Numbered from the stretch's first letter, positions 1 through 6,961 are shown. The stretch: 18,964 nt of DNA from Moorena sp. SIO3H5 (GCF_010692395.1 NZ_JAAHHS010000122.1:1-18964), one strand, 5' to 3'. Made by a program: numbers and translations. The notes: generated by a model from the sequence alone, not told the origin.

Positions 1-80
1 TCTCAAACCATTGAGCAATTCGTTATAATTATTTTTGTTGACCCTACTTGCCTTAAGCAGCTACATCACCCTATTCGCTT

Positions 81-551
81 ATGGAACTAGTAACACTCTC
101 AGCAACAGCGATCACTACTCTGGCTTTCAAGAAGTTTCTAGAAACTGGCGCTGGGGAATTGGGCAAAAAGTTTACTGAAACAGCCATCACCAAGATGGAC
201 GAACTCCGTAACATGATCTGGGAAAAGTTACGGGGTAATTCTAAAGCTGAAAAAGCTCTGACAGCAGTTGAACAAGGATCTAACCAGGAATTAGACCGAC
301 TGGCTGTGTATGTGCAGGATGCGATGGAAGATGATCAGCAGTTTGCTTCGGAAATTAAGGCGATCGCTCAAGAAATCCATGCTGGCAAGATACAGGACAA
401 CAGCAGCAACATTATGAATGTTAATGACAAGGCTAAAGGTATACAAAACAATATTGAAAATATTGCTAAAGGTGTACAAAACATTGACACTATTAAGGGT
501 GATCACAATTATGTTGCTCAAGAGATGCACATTCATCAGGGGTCTGATTAG
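81..551 (+). CDS. 156-aa helical module with a hydrophobic N-terminal helix and an N/Q/G/I-rich tail. It is probably the original N-terminal domain of the downstream NB-ARC/TPR NTPase.
   Basis: ATG at 81, TAG at 549-551. It shares the reading frame of ORF 708..3104, and this TAG is the only stop between 81 and 3104. The sequence starts MELVTLSATAITTLAFKKFLETGAGELGKKF, continues with amphipathic helices (KAEKALTAVEQ...DDQQFASEIKAIAQEI), and ends in a tail with two 11-aa pseudo-repeats. Confidence 0.6.
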   Translation: MELVTLSATAITTLAFKKFLETGAGELGKKFTETAITKMDELRNMIWEKLRGNSKAEKALTAVEQGSNQELDRLAVYVQDAMEDDQQFASEIKAIAQEIHAGKIQDNSSNIMNVNDKAKGIQNNIENIAKGVQNIDTIKGDHNYVAQEMHIHQGSD

Positions 552-707
552 CTGAAGTCGTCCGACCGGGAACGGACAACGTTAAATCCCCCCAGTAACA
601 TTATCAATCGAGGCACTCCCTACTTTGTCGGTAGGGACCCTCAACTTGAGCAGCTCCATCAGGAATTTGAACAGACCGATCAATTAGCCATTTGTGCCAT
701 TGCCGGA

Positions 708-3104
708 ATGGGCGGTGTGGGCAAAACTGAGTTAGCTCTACAATATGCTCTGAAAAATCAGGATAATTACCCTGGTGGGTTGTGCTGGTTCCAAGTGCGA
801 GGGTTGGATCTCGGGACTCAAGTTGTCAATTTTGCCCGTACTAAATTAGGATTAACCATTCCAGATCAACTAGAGTTCAACCAACAAGTAGAATACTGCT
901 GGGGGCATTGGCCAGAAGGAACAGCATTGATCGTGCTGGATGATGTGCCTTCTTTCAGCAACGACTACAAACAAAGAATTCAGCCCTACTTACCTCCAGC
1001 CCAATCCCGCTTCAAAGTACTGGTCACCAGCCGTCAGCGTCCAGGGGCTTCTTACCGACGAATTGATTTGGATGTGCTATCCCCAGAGGCAGCATTAGAA
1101 TTATTGGAATCCCTTGTTGGAAAAGAGCGCATTGAGCAAGAACTAAATGAAGCACAAGCGTTATGTGAATGGTTGGGTTATTTGCCCTTAGGTTTGGAGT
1201 TAGTCGGACGATATTTAGATATACATCCAAGTTTAACTATCGCTAAAGTTCAGAAACGTTTAGAGAAAAAGAAATTAGCAGCTAGGGCATTACTTGACCC
1301 AACAGAACAAGGGGAGATCACAGCCCAGTTGGGAGTAGCAGCAGCCTTTGAGTTATCCTGGGAAGATTTGAAAGAGTCTCCAGAAGCCCAACAGTTGGGA
1401 TGTCGTTTGAGTCTGTTTGCTCAAGCTCCTTTTGATTGGTCACTGGTAGAGTCTTGTGTTATCGAAACTGACGATGAGGATGACTGGGAAGAAGAACAAG
1501 AAGACTTGGAAGAATTACGCGATCGCTATCTGGTCAATCGTAATCTCTTACAACTGACCGAACAGCAAACCTATCGACTCCATCAACTAATTCGAGAATT
1601 TTTCCTGACCAAGCTGGCTCAATTACCAGAGGCCGATAGCTACAAGGAAAGCTTTTGTAAGACAATGGTGGCTGTAGCAAAAAAAATTCCCGATACACCA
1701 ACTCAAGAAATTATTGCAGCAGTTAGCCCTGCCATCCCTCATTTAGTCAAAGCTGCCACAGTCCTAACTGACTGGCTCAGGGATGAAGATTTACCATGGC
1801 CCTTCACTGGCTTAGGAAGATTCTATAACGGTCAAGGTACCTATGACCAGGCTGAACTGTGCTCGAAGCAATGTTTAGAGATAACTAGAACCCGCTTCGG
1901 TGACGACCATCCCCATGTGGCCATCAGTCTCAACAACCTGGCATTACTCTACGACTCAATGGGGTCCTATGACCAGGCCGAACCCCTCTATCAACAGGCA
2001 TTGGAGCTGTTTAAGCAGCGGCTGGGTCACCACCATCCTTTGGTGGCCACCAGTCTCAACAACCTGGGTTTACTCTACAACTCAATGGGGCACTATGATG
2101 AGGCCGAACCCCTCTATCAAAAGGCATTGGAGCTGTTTAAGCAGCGGCTGAGTCACCACCATCCCGATGTGGCCACCAGTCTCAACAACCTGGCTGGACT
2201 CTACTTCTCAATGGGGCGCTATGACCAGGCCGAACCCCTCTTACAACAGGCATTGGAGCTGTTTAAGCAGCTGCTGGGTCACGACCATCCTTTGGTGGCC
2301 ACCAGTCTCAACAACCTGGCATTACTCTACTCCTCAATGGGGCGCTATGACCAGGCCGAACCCCTCTTACAACAGGCATTGGAGCTGTTTAAGCAGCTTC
2401 TGGGTAAAGACCATCCCGATGTAGCCACCAGTCTCAACAACCTGGCAGATCTCTACTCCTCAATGGGGCGCTATGATGAGGCCGAACCCTTCTTACAACA
2501 GGCTTTGGAGATGAGAAAGCAGCTGCTGGGTGACAACCATCCCGATGTGGCCACCAGTCTCAACAACCTGGCATATCTCTACAACTTAATGGGGCGCTAT
2601 GACCAGGCCGAACCCCTCTTACAACAGGCTTTGGAGATCAGAAAGCAGCGGCTGGGTCAAGACCATCCCCATGTGGCCACCAGTCTCAACAACCTGGCTA
2701 CACTCTACTCCTCAATGGGGCGCTATGATGAGGCCGAACCCTTCTTACAACAGGCTTTGGAGATCAGAAAGCAGCTGCTGGGTGACAACCATCCCGATGT
2801 GGCCACCAGTCTCAACAACCTGGGTTTACTCTACCAGTCAATGGGGCGCTATGACCAGGCCGAACCCCTCTTACAACAGGCATTGGAGCTGTTTAAGCAG
2901 CGGCTGGGTCACCACCATCCCGATGTGGCCATCAGTCTCAACAACCTGGCATATCTCTACTCCTCAATGGGGCGCTATGACCAGGCTGAACCCCTCTATC
3001 AACAGGCTTTGGAGATTGCAGAACAGAAGTTAGGGTCAAATCATCCTGACACTGTAAACATCCGTAAGAATCTAGAAAGTTTGCGCAATGATTTGTCACA
3101 GTAA
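708..3104 (+). CDS. NB-ARC (STAND/NLR-like) P-loop NTPase with a C-terminal TPR array. The only canonical start codon lies inside the Walker A motif, and the homologous frame continues upstream to 552.
   Basis: Walker A GMGGVGKT (705-728), Walker B LIVLDDV (927-947), VLVTSRQ, LGYLPLGLELVGRYL (GLPL-type motif) and YRLHQLIREF (MHD-like). These are followed by 9 x 42-aa units of the form DHPxVAxSLNNLAxLYxSMGRYDQAEPLxQQALE. Sense codons upstream read ...NRGTPYFVGRDPQLEQLHQEFEQTDQLAICAIAG directly before MGGVGKT. Confidence 0.9.
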   Translation: MGGVGKTELALQYALKNQDNYPGGLCWFQVRGLDLGTQVVNFARTKLGLTIPDQLEFNQQVEYCWGHWPEGTALIVLDDVPSFSNDYKQRIQPYLPPAQSRFKVLVTSRQRPGASYRRIDLDVLSPEAALELLESLVGKERIEQELNEAQALCEWLGYLPLGLELVGRYLDIHPSLTIAKVQKRLEKKKLAARALLDPTEQGEITAQLGVAAAFELSWEDLKESPEAQQLGCRLSLFAQAPFDWSLVESCVIETDDEDDWEEEQEDLEELRDRYLVNRNLLQLTEQQTYRLHQLIREFFLTKLAQLPEADSYKESFCKTMVAVAKKIPDTPTQEIIAAVSPAIPHLVKAATVLTDWLRDEDLPWPFTGLGRFYNGQGTYDQAELCSKQCLEITRTRFGDDHPHVAISLNNLALLYDSMGSYDQAEPLYQQALELFKQRLGHHHPLVATSLNNLGLLYNSMGHYDEAEPLYQKALELFKQRLSHHHPDVATSLNNLAGLYFSMGRYDQAEPLLQQALELFKQLLGHDHPLVATSLNNLALLYSSMGRYDQAEPLLQQALELFKQLLGKDHPDVATSLNNLADLYSSMGRYDEAEPFLQQALEMRKQLLGDNHPDVATSLNNLAYLYNLMGRYDQAEPLLQQALEIRKQRLGQDHPHVATSLNNLATLYSSMGRYDEAEPFLQQALEIRKQLLGDNHPDVATSLNNLGLLYQSMGRYDQAEPLLQQALELFKQRLGHHHPDVAISLNNLAYLYSSMGRYDQAEPLYQQALEIAEQKLGSNHPDTVNIRKNLESLRNDLSQ
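1905..3038 (+). repeat. Nine tandem 126-bp (42-codon) TPR-encoding repeats with very high nucleotide identity
   Basis: Units start at 1905, 2031, 2157, 2283, 2409, 2535, 2661, 2787 and 2913. Stretches longer than 60 bp recur exactly, for example atggggcgctatgaccaggccgaacccctcttacaacaggcattggagctgtttaagcag at about 2211, 2337 and 2841. Confidence 0.95.
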
Positions 3105-3172
3105 TCAGTAATATTATTCATTAATTAGTTAGAAATACTATATACTGACTTGGTCATACTTTTCCTAAGTGA

Positions 3173-4093
3173 ATGACTTACGATAGTACCCTAAAATATT
3201 TGGTTGAACAATATCCTCAAGCCTTTACCCGTTGGTTATTTAACCAAGAACCAGCAGAGGATATCGAAATTCTCAACACCGAATTGAGCACAGAACCAAT
3301 TCGGGCAGATGCCTTATTTTTTGTGCGAGTTGCTGATGCTATTTTGCATCTGGAATTTCAAACCCTACCCCAATCTGAACCTCCCTTACCCCTGCGGATG
3401 CTCGATTATTGGGTCAGGTTATATCGCCAGTATCGCTGTGATATTGAACAAGTAATAATTTTTCTGAAACCAAGCCGATTAGCGGGAGTATTTGTAAATC
3501 AATTTACCGAGAGGAACTTATCCTTCCGCTATCGGGTGATTCGGATTTGGGAATGTGATCCACAACCATTACTAACAACACCGGGGTTACTACCCTTGGC
3601 AGTATTAGCACAAACTGAAGTGCCAGAAACCTTGCTATCCCAAGTAGCAGCCAGAATCGATATGATTGAAGATAGACAACAGCAGCGTAACCTATCTGCT
3701 TGCGTGCAACTGTTGGCTGGGGTGAAATTTGATGAACAGTTAATTCAAGCTTATTTTCGGGAGGATATGATGCAGGAGTCAGTAGTTTATCAACGAATTA
3801 TTCGCCAAGGATTAGAACAAGGATTAGAACAAGGATTAGAACAGGGATTAAAACAAGGATTAAAACAAGGATTAGAACAAGGATTAGGACAGGGATTAGA
3901 ACAAGGAAAGCGCAATGAGCTTAATTTAATTATCCGTCAAATTAACCGTCGTCTAGGTCAGATAAATCCCCAATTACTTAATCAAATTGAGCAGTTATCC
4001 TTTTCCCAGTTGGAGGATTTAGGAGAAGCGTTGTTAGATTTTGAAACCGAAGTGGATTTGAGCAATTGGTTGAACCAGTTTAGGGATAAGTAA
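3173..4093 (+). CDS. Rpn-family recombination-promoting nuclease / putative transposase (PD-(D/E)xK core with a DUF4351-like C-terminus)
   Basis: The N-terminal core ...EPIRADALFFVRVADAILHLEFQT... has the D...E-x-Q nuclease-type motif. The tail ...LIIRQINRRLGQINPQLLNQIEQLSFSQLEDLGEALLDF... matches the DUF4351 tails I remember from cyanobacterial Rpn/YhgA-like proteins. Confidence 0.8.
   Translation: MTYDSTLKYLVEQYPQAFTRWLFNQEPAEDIEILNTELSTEPIRADALFFVRVADAILHLEFQTLPQSEPPLPLRMLDYWVRLYRQYRCDIEQVIIFLKPSRLAGVFVNQFTERNLSFRYRVIRIWECDPQPLLTTPGLLPLAVLAQTEVPETLLSQVAARIDMIEDRQQQRNLSACVQLLAGVKFDEQLIQAYFREDMMQESVVYQRIIRQGLEQGLEQGLEQGLKQGLKQGLEQGLGQGLEQGKRNELNLIIRQINRRLGQINPQLLNQIEQLSFSQLEDLGEALLDFETEVDLSNWLNQFRDK
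3806..3907 (+). repeat. In-frame 12-bp microsatellite (caaggattagaa, about 8.5 copies) encoding (QGLE/QGLK)n inside the Rpn-family CDS
   Basis: Units run from 3806 to 3907 with only A/G variants. They translate to QGLEQGLEQGLEQGLKQGLKQGLEQGLGQGLEQG. Confidence 0.95.
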
Positions 4094-4141
4094 AATCCCG
4101 TTAGGTTTAGCACTCAAAAGTAGTGCCATCGAGATCTGATT

Positions 4142-4170
4142 GAGTGGGTAAGGCAAATCCTTACCCACTC
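4142..4170. other. Perfect 12-bp-stem hairpin (gagtgggtaagg / caaat / ccttacccactc) in the convergent intergenic region
   Basis: The inverted repeat was read directly from the sequence. No U-tract follows on either strand, so it is not a classical intrinsic terminator. A second hairpin, gccgcgag/caatcc/ctcgcggc, lies at 4203-4224. Confidence 0.6.
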
Positions 4171-4244
4171 TACTATTGCCCAAAAATCCAGACGCCTCCA
4201 AGGCCGCGAGCAATCCCTCGCGGCTTGGGTCGCACCTGTAGAAT

Positions 4245-4334
4245 GGGCATCTTGCCGTGGAAGTGGCATCTTGCGTAGAACTGGCATCTTGCGTAGAACT
4301 GGCATCTTGCGTAGAACTGGCATCTTGCCAGTTT
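4245..4334. repeat. Five tandem copies of an 18-bp unit (ctggcatcttgcgtagaa), non-coding
   Basis: Units occupy 4245-4262, 4263-4280, 4281-4298, 4299-4316 and 4317-4334. The outer copies are degenerate. This repeat produces the artefactual KMPVLR repeats of minus-strand ORF 4114..4380. Confidence 0.9.
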
Positions 4335-4447
4335 CAATATATTTTCGAGCGGGCAGGATGCCCACTCTACTGCTATTCATTACTTCACTGACGGAACGCC
4401 CTTGATCCAGCTACTGCATCTTGACTCCCTACTCCCTACTAATTCCC

Positions 4448-5197
4448 TTAAAAGACACTAGAGCCGATAGCCCTCTTAACCACTAATCCTAAGCCCAGAA
4501 AGCCCAGAGCCAGTAGACCCTGAGATGACATCGGCTCAGGCACTGGCACTGCTAGAGGCAGTGGACCATTACCTGTCCCGGATTGGGTATCGTTCTTAGC
4601 AGTGAAGGTCCCAAATGGACCAATGGGAGGTTGTGTGGTTTGCCAAAAGAAGGAAATCGTTTCTGGAGTGTCGAAATTAGTACTCCAATCTGATCCACCG
4701 ACAACGCTCCAGACTAGACTGCCATCTTCCTCAAGCTTGATTGAAAACTCCCCACTGGAACCGAGTGCCTGCTTCGCTTCCCCAAAGCTATAGCCCGCAA
4801 CTCCTGTAAAGCCTTCAGCTTTGAACTCCAACTCGAACTGATTGACATCATCAAACGCAAGTAAACCATCCGGTTGAGGGAAGGGGGGATCGTTAGGAAA
4901 GTCTACACCAGGGGTAACTTTGTGTATATAAGTGTAGATGGTTCCCGCTGGATTTTGGGGCGGCACACAAGTCAGAAAACCAACAGGACAAGAAACGCTA
5001 CTGGTCAAGTCTCCCAAGCTGTTTCCGTCACCATTGATTAGGGATGCATCTACTGTCGGACCCACTGGTCCTGTGATGGTTGCTCCCAGAGTCAGGTCGT
5101 CAAGGTTGATCGGGGTAATCGACGCAGCACTAACCTCTTGTGCCGAAAGCTCAAAAACGCTAATTGCGATCAATGCGATCGCTAATTTACTAGTCAT
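4448..5197 (-). CDS. Secreted PEP-CTERM sorting-domain protein
   Basis: N-terminal signal peptide MTSKLAIALIAISVFELSAQEVSAAS. The C-terminus is VPEP followed by a hydrophobic helix (LLALGFLGLGLVV) and a basic KR, which is the PEP-CTERM architecture. Confidence 0.85.
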   Translation of the reverse strand: MTSKLAIALIAISVFELSAQEVSAASITPINLDDLTLGATITGPVGPTVDASLINGDGNSLGDLTSSVSCPVGFLTCVPPQNPAGTIYTYIHKVTPGVDFPNDPPFPQPDGLLAFDDVNQFELEFKAEGFTGVAGYSFGEAKQALGSSGEFSIKLEEDGSLVWSVVGGSDWSTNFDTPETISFFWQTTQPPIGPFGTFTAKNDTQSGTGNGPLPLAVPVPEPMSSQGLLALGFLGLGLVVKRAIGSSVF

Positions 5198-5406
5198 GAC
5201 TATTTTTCCTCAGTAAAATTTTCAAGTAAGCATTAGCTGATAGCTTAAAAATGTACTTATCTATTTCAACGTGATGGCTGATTTTTATTGCCAAGGGTAT
5301 TTTATCTGTAAATCCAGCAAGCTTTAGAACATTTAAAAAAAATTCATTAAACTCTGAATTATGTAAATGTTTAGCAAAGGAAATCGGAACTTCGGAGCAA
5401 GAAACT

Positions 5407-5895
5407 ATGCTTAATTTAAAAATAGACTACACTCACCTGAAGACTTTATTGATGAAAGTGAAGTGGAAAGCTGCTGATGCGGAAACCAATAAAATTGTAT
5501 TATCCATAGCTAAAACCCTTAGACAACAGCAGAAGGTTAGTAAAAAAGACCAAGAATGGCTTCAAGGGTTGAATTATCTCATAGAATCAGACTTAAGAGA
5601 GTTTCCCTGTGAGGATTTGCTAACACTAAATCAGCTTTGGGAGCAGTATAGTCAAGGTCATTTTGGATTTAGAATACAATCTCAACTGTGGCAGCAAGTT
5701 AGTCAAGATTATAATCAATTCGCCGATCTAGTAGGATGGCGCAAGGGTGATGCCGATTCTTGGCATTCTTATGCTCAGTTAACCTTTAGTTTAGACGCTC
5801 CTAAAGGTCATTTGCCCGCTGCGATATTTTATGCCGAAGAATCCCCTATTGGTTGGGCGGCAACTATTAAAAATAGATTGGATGAATGTTTTTGA
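5407..5895 (+). CDS. GUN4-domain protein
   Basis: FPCEDLLTLNQLWEQYSQGHFGFRIQSQLW...VGWRKGD...LTFSLDAPKGHLPA matches the GUN4 porphyrin-binding domain signature as I recall it. The exact start codon is uncertain. Confidence 0.75.
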   Translation: MLNLKIDYTHLKTLLMKVKWKAADAETNKIVLSIAKTLRQQQKVSKKDQEWLQGLNYLIESDLREFPCEDLLTLNQLWEQYSQGHFGFRIQSQLWQQVSQDYNQFADLVGWRKGDADSWHSYAQLTFSLDAPKGHLPAAIFYAEESPIGWAATIKNRLDECF

Positions 5896-5931
5896 TGGTA
5901 TAAACTATACTAAAACATTCAATTTGTTCCC

Positions 5932-6915
5932 TTGTCACCAATCCTAGACCTTCGTAATCTAGAAACACGCTTTTTCACCCCAGCTGGTACTGTCCATGCT
6001 GTCAATGGTATTTCCTTCCAGGTCAATCAAGGGGAAACCCTAGGGATTGTTGGTGAATCCGGTTCTGGTAAAAGCATCACCGCCCTGTCGATTATGGGAC
6101 TAATCCCGTCTCCTCCTGGAAAGATTACCAATGGTGAGGTCATTTTTGAAGGGCGTGACCTCCGAAAGCTTAGTGAGGGGAAAATGCGGAAAATCCGGGG
6201 TAACCGTATCGCTATGATTTTTCAAGACCCCATGACTTCCCTTAACCCAGTACTAAAGGTAGAAAGGCAAATTACTGAAGCGCTACGGTTACACCAAGGG
6301 ATGAGCCGAGAGCAAGGACGATCTAGGGCGATTGAACTCTTAGAATTAGTGGGAATTCCAGCTGCAGCGGAACGGATTAGTAACTATCCCCACCAATTTT
6401 CTGGAGGGATGCGCCAGCGAGTCATGATTGCCATGGGATTAGCCTGTAATCCCCAGTTGCTGATTGCCGATGAACCTACCACTGCTTTGGATGTGACCAT
6501 CCAAGCCCAAATTGTAGAATTAGTCAAGAAACTGCGCCAGGACATTGGGATGGCCGTGATTTGGATTACCCATGATTTGGCGCTATTGGCGGGATTAGCG
6601 GATCGGATTTTAGTGATGTATGCCGGTCAAGTCGTAGAACAAGCATCGGTGATGGAAATCTATAAAAATCCTCGCCATCCCTATACTATTGGTTTACTCA
6701 ACAGTATTCCCCGTCTGGATGAACAGCGCCAAGAGCGTTTGCAGACCATTGAAGGGTTACCACCAGATTTAACTAATTATCCCCAAGGTTGTCCCTTTGC
6801 GGCTCGTTGTCCTTTCGTGATTGATAAATGTTGGCAGAACGATCCCACCTTGGAATTAGTAAGTGTTGACCATAAAGTGGCTTGTTGGGTAAAGCCAGAG
6901 TTGAATAGCAGGTAA
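5932..6915 (+). CDS. Oligopeptide/dipeptide-type ABC transporter ATP-binding protein (DppD/OppD-like)
   Basis: Walker A GESGSGKS, signature FSGGMRQR, Walker B LLIADEPTTALD and H-loop ITHD. A C-terminal Opp/Dpp-type extension carries the Cys cluster CPFAARCPFVIDKC...ACW. The start codon is TTG, and no permease or binding-protein gene is adjacent. Confidence 0.9.
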   Translation: MSPILDLRNLETRFFTPAGTVHAVNGISFQVNQGETLGIVGESGSGKSITALSIMGLIPSPPGKITNGEVIFEGRDLRKLSEGKMRKIRGNRIAMIFQDPMTSLNPVLKVERQITEALRLHQGMSREQGRSRAIELLELVGIPAAAERISNYPHQFSGGMRQRVMIAMGLACNPQLLIADEPTTALDVTIQAQIVELVKKLRQDIGMAVIWITHDLALLAGLADRILVMYAGQVVEQASVMEIYKNPRHPYTIGLLNSIPRLDEQRQERLQTIEGLPPDLTNYPQGCPFAARCPFVIDKCWQNDPTLELVSVDHKVACWVKPELNSR

Positions 6916-6945
6916 GCAGTCAGCAGTCAGCAGTCAGCGGTCAGC
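6915..6945. repeat. Heptanucleotide tandem array (agcagtc x4, STRR-type)
   Basis: agcagtcagcagtcagcagtcagcggtcagc overlaps the ABC ATPase stop codon (6913-6915) by 1 nt and runs downstream of it. Confidence 0.9.
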
Positions 6946-6961
6946 TTAAAATAAACCTTCC

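Noticed and set aside
24-29. Perfect TATAAT hexamer 52 nt upstream of the ATG at 81, considered as a promoter -10 box
   Set aside because: The context is AT-rich, and the only nearby TTGAGC (11-16) is just 7 nt away, which is the wrong spacing for a -35 box. The window edge prevents evaluation of further upstream sequence.
557-580. Small hairpin (gtccg / accgggaa / cggac, 560-577) 9 nt after the in-frame TAG, considered as a read-through stimulator
   Set aside because: It has only 5 perfect base pairs, or 8 with a mismatch. No known bacterial read-through signal resembles it, so it is too weak to support programmed read-through on its own.
291-1230. Minus-strand ORFs 291..536 and 1024..1230
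   Set aside because: They are antisense to the N-module and NB-ARC coding frames and have hydrophobic, low-information sequences typical of shadow ORFs.
1900-3033. Alternative-frame plus-strand ORFs 1900..2151, 2167..2424 and 2599..3033, with repeated WPPVSTTW / MTRPNPS peptides
   Set aside because: They are frame-shifted shadows of the 126-bp TPR repeats. Their apparent repetitiveness and length come from the repeat lacking stops in a second frame. The main frame carries all the NB-ARC/TPR motifs.
3173-4093. The Rpn-family gene considered as an active transposon or IS element
   Set aside because: Despite the family label 'putative transposase', I see no terminal inverted repeats or target-site duplications flanking 3105-4140. 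It is therefore reported as a CDS and not as a mobile element.
4245-4334. Possible CRISPR array (18-bp tandem units), and the 37-bp repeat pair at 13434/13615
   Set aside because: The 18-bp units are directly abutting with no spacers. The 37-bp repeat has only two copies, separated by 144 bp. No cas genes are present, so neither fits CRISPR architecture.
4114-4380. Minus-strand ORF of 88 aa with KMPVLR repeats
   Set aside because: It is a translation of the 18-bp tandem repeat and hairpin block in a convergent intergenic region. It has no RBS or plausible fold and is treated as non-coding repeat DNA.
4602-5216. Plus-strand ORFs 4602..4793 and 4938..5216
   Set aside because: They are antisense to the well-supported PEP-CTERM protein gene and have low-complexity, Pro/Ser/Gly-rich shadow translations.
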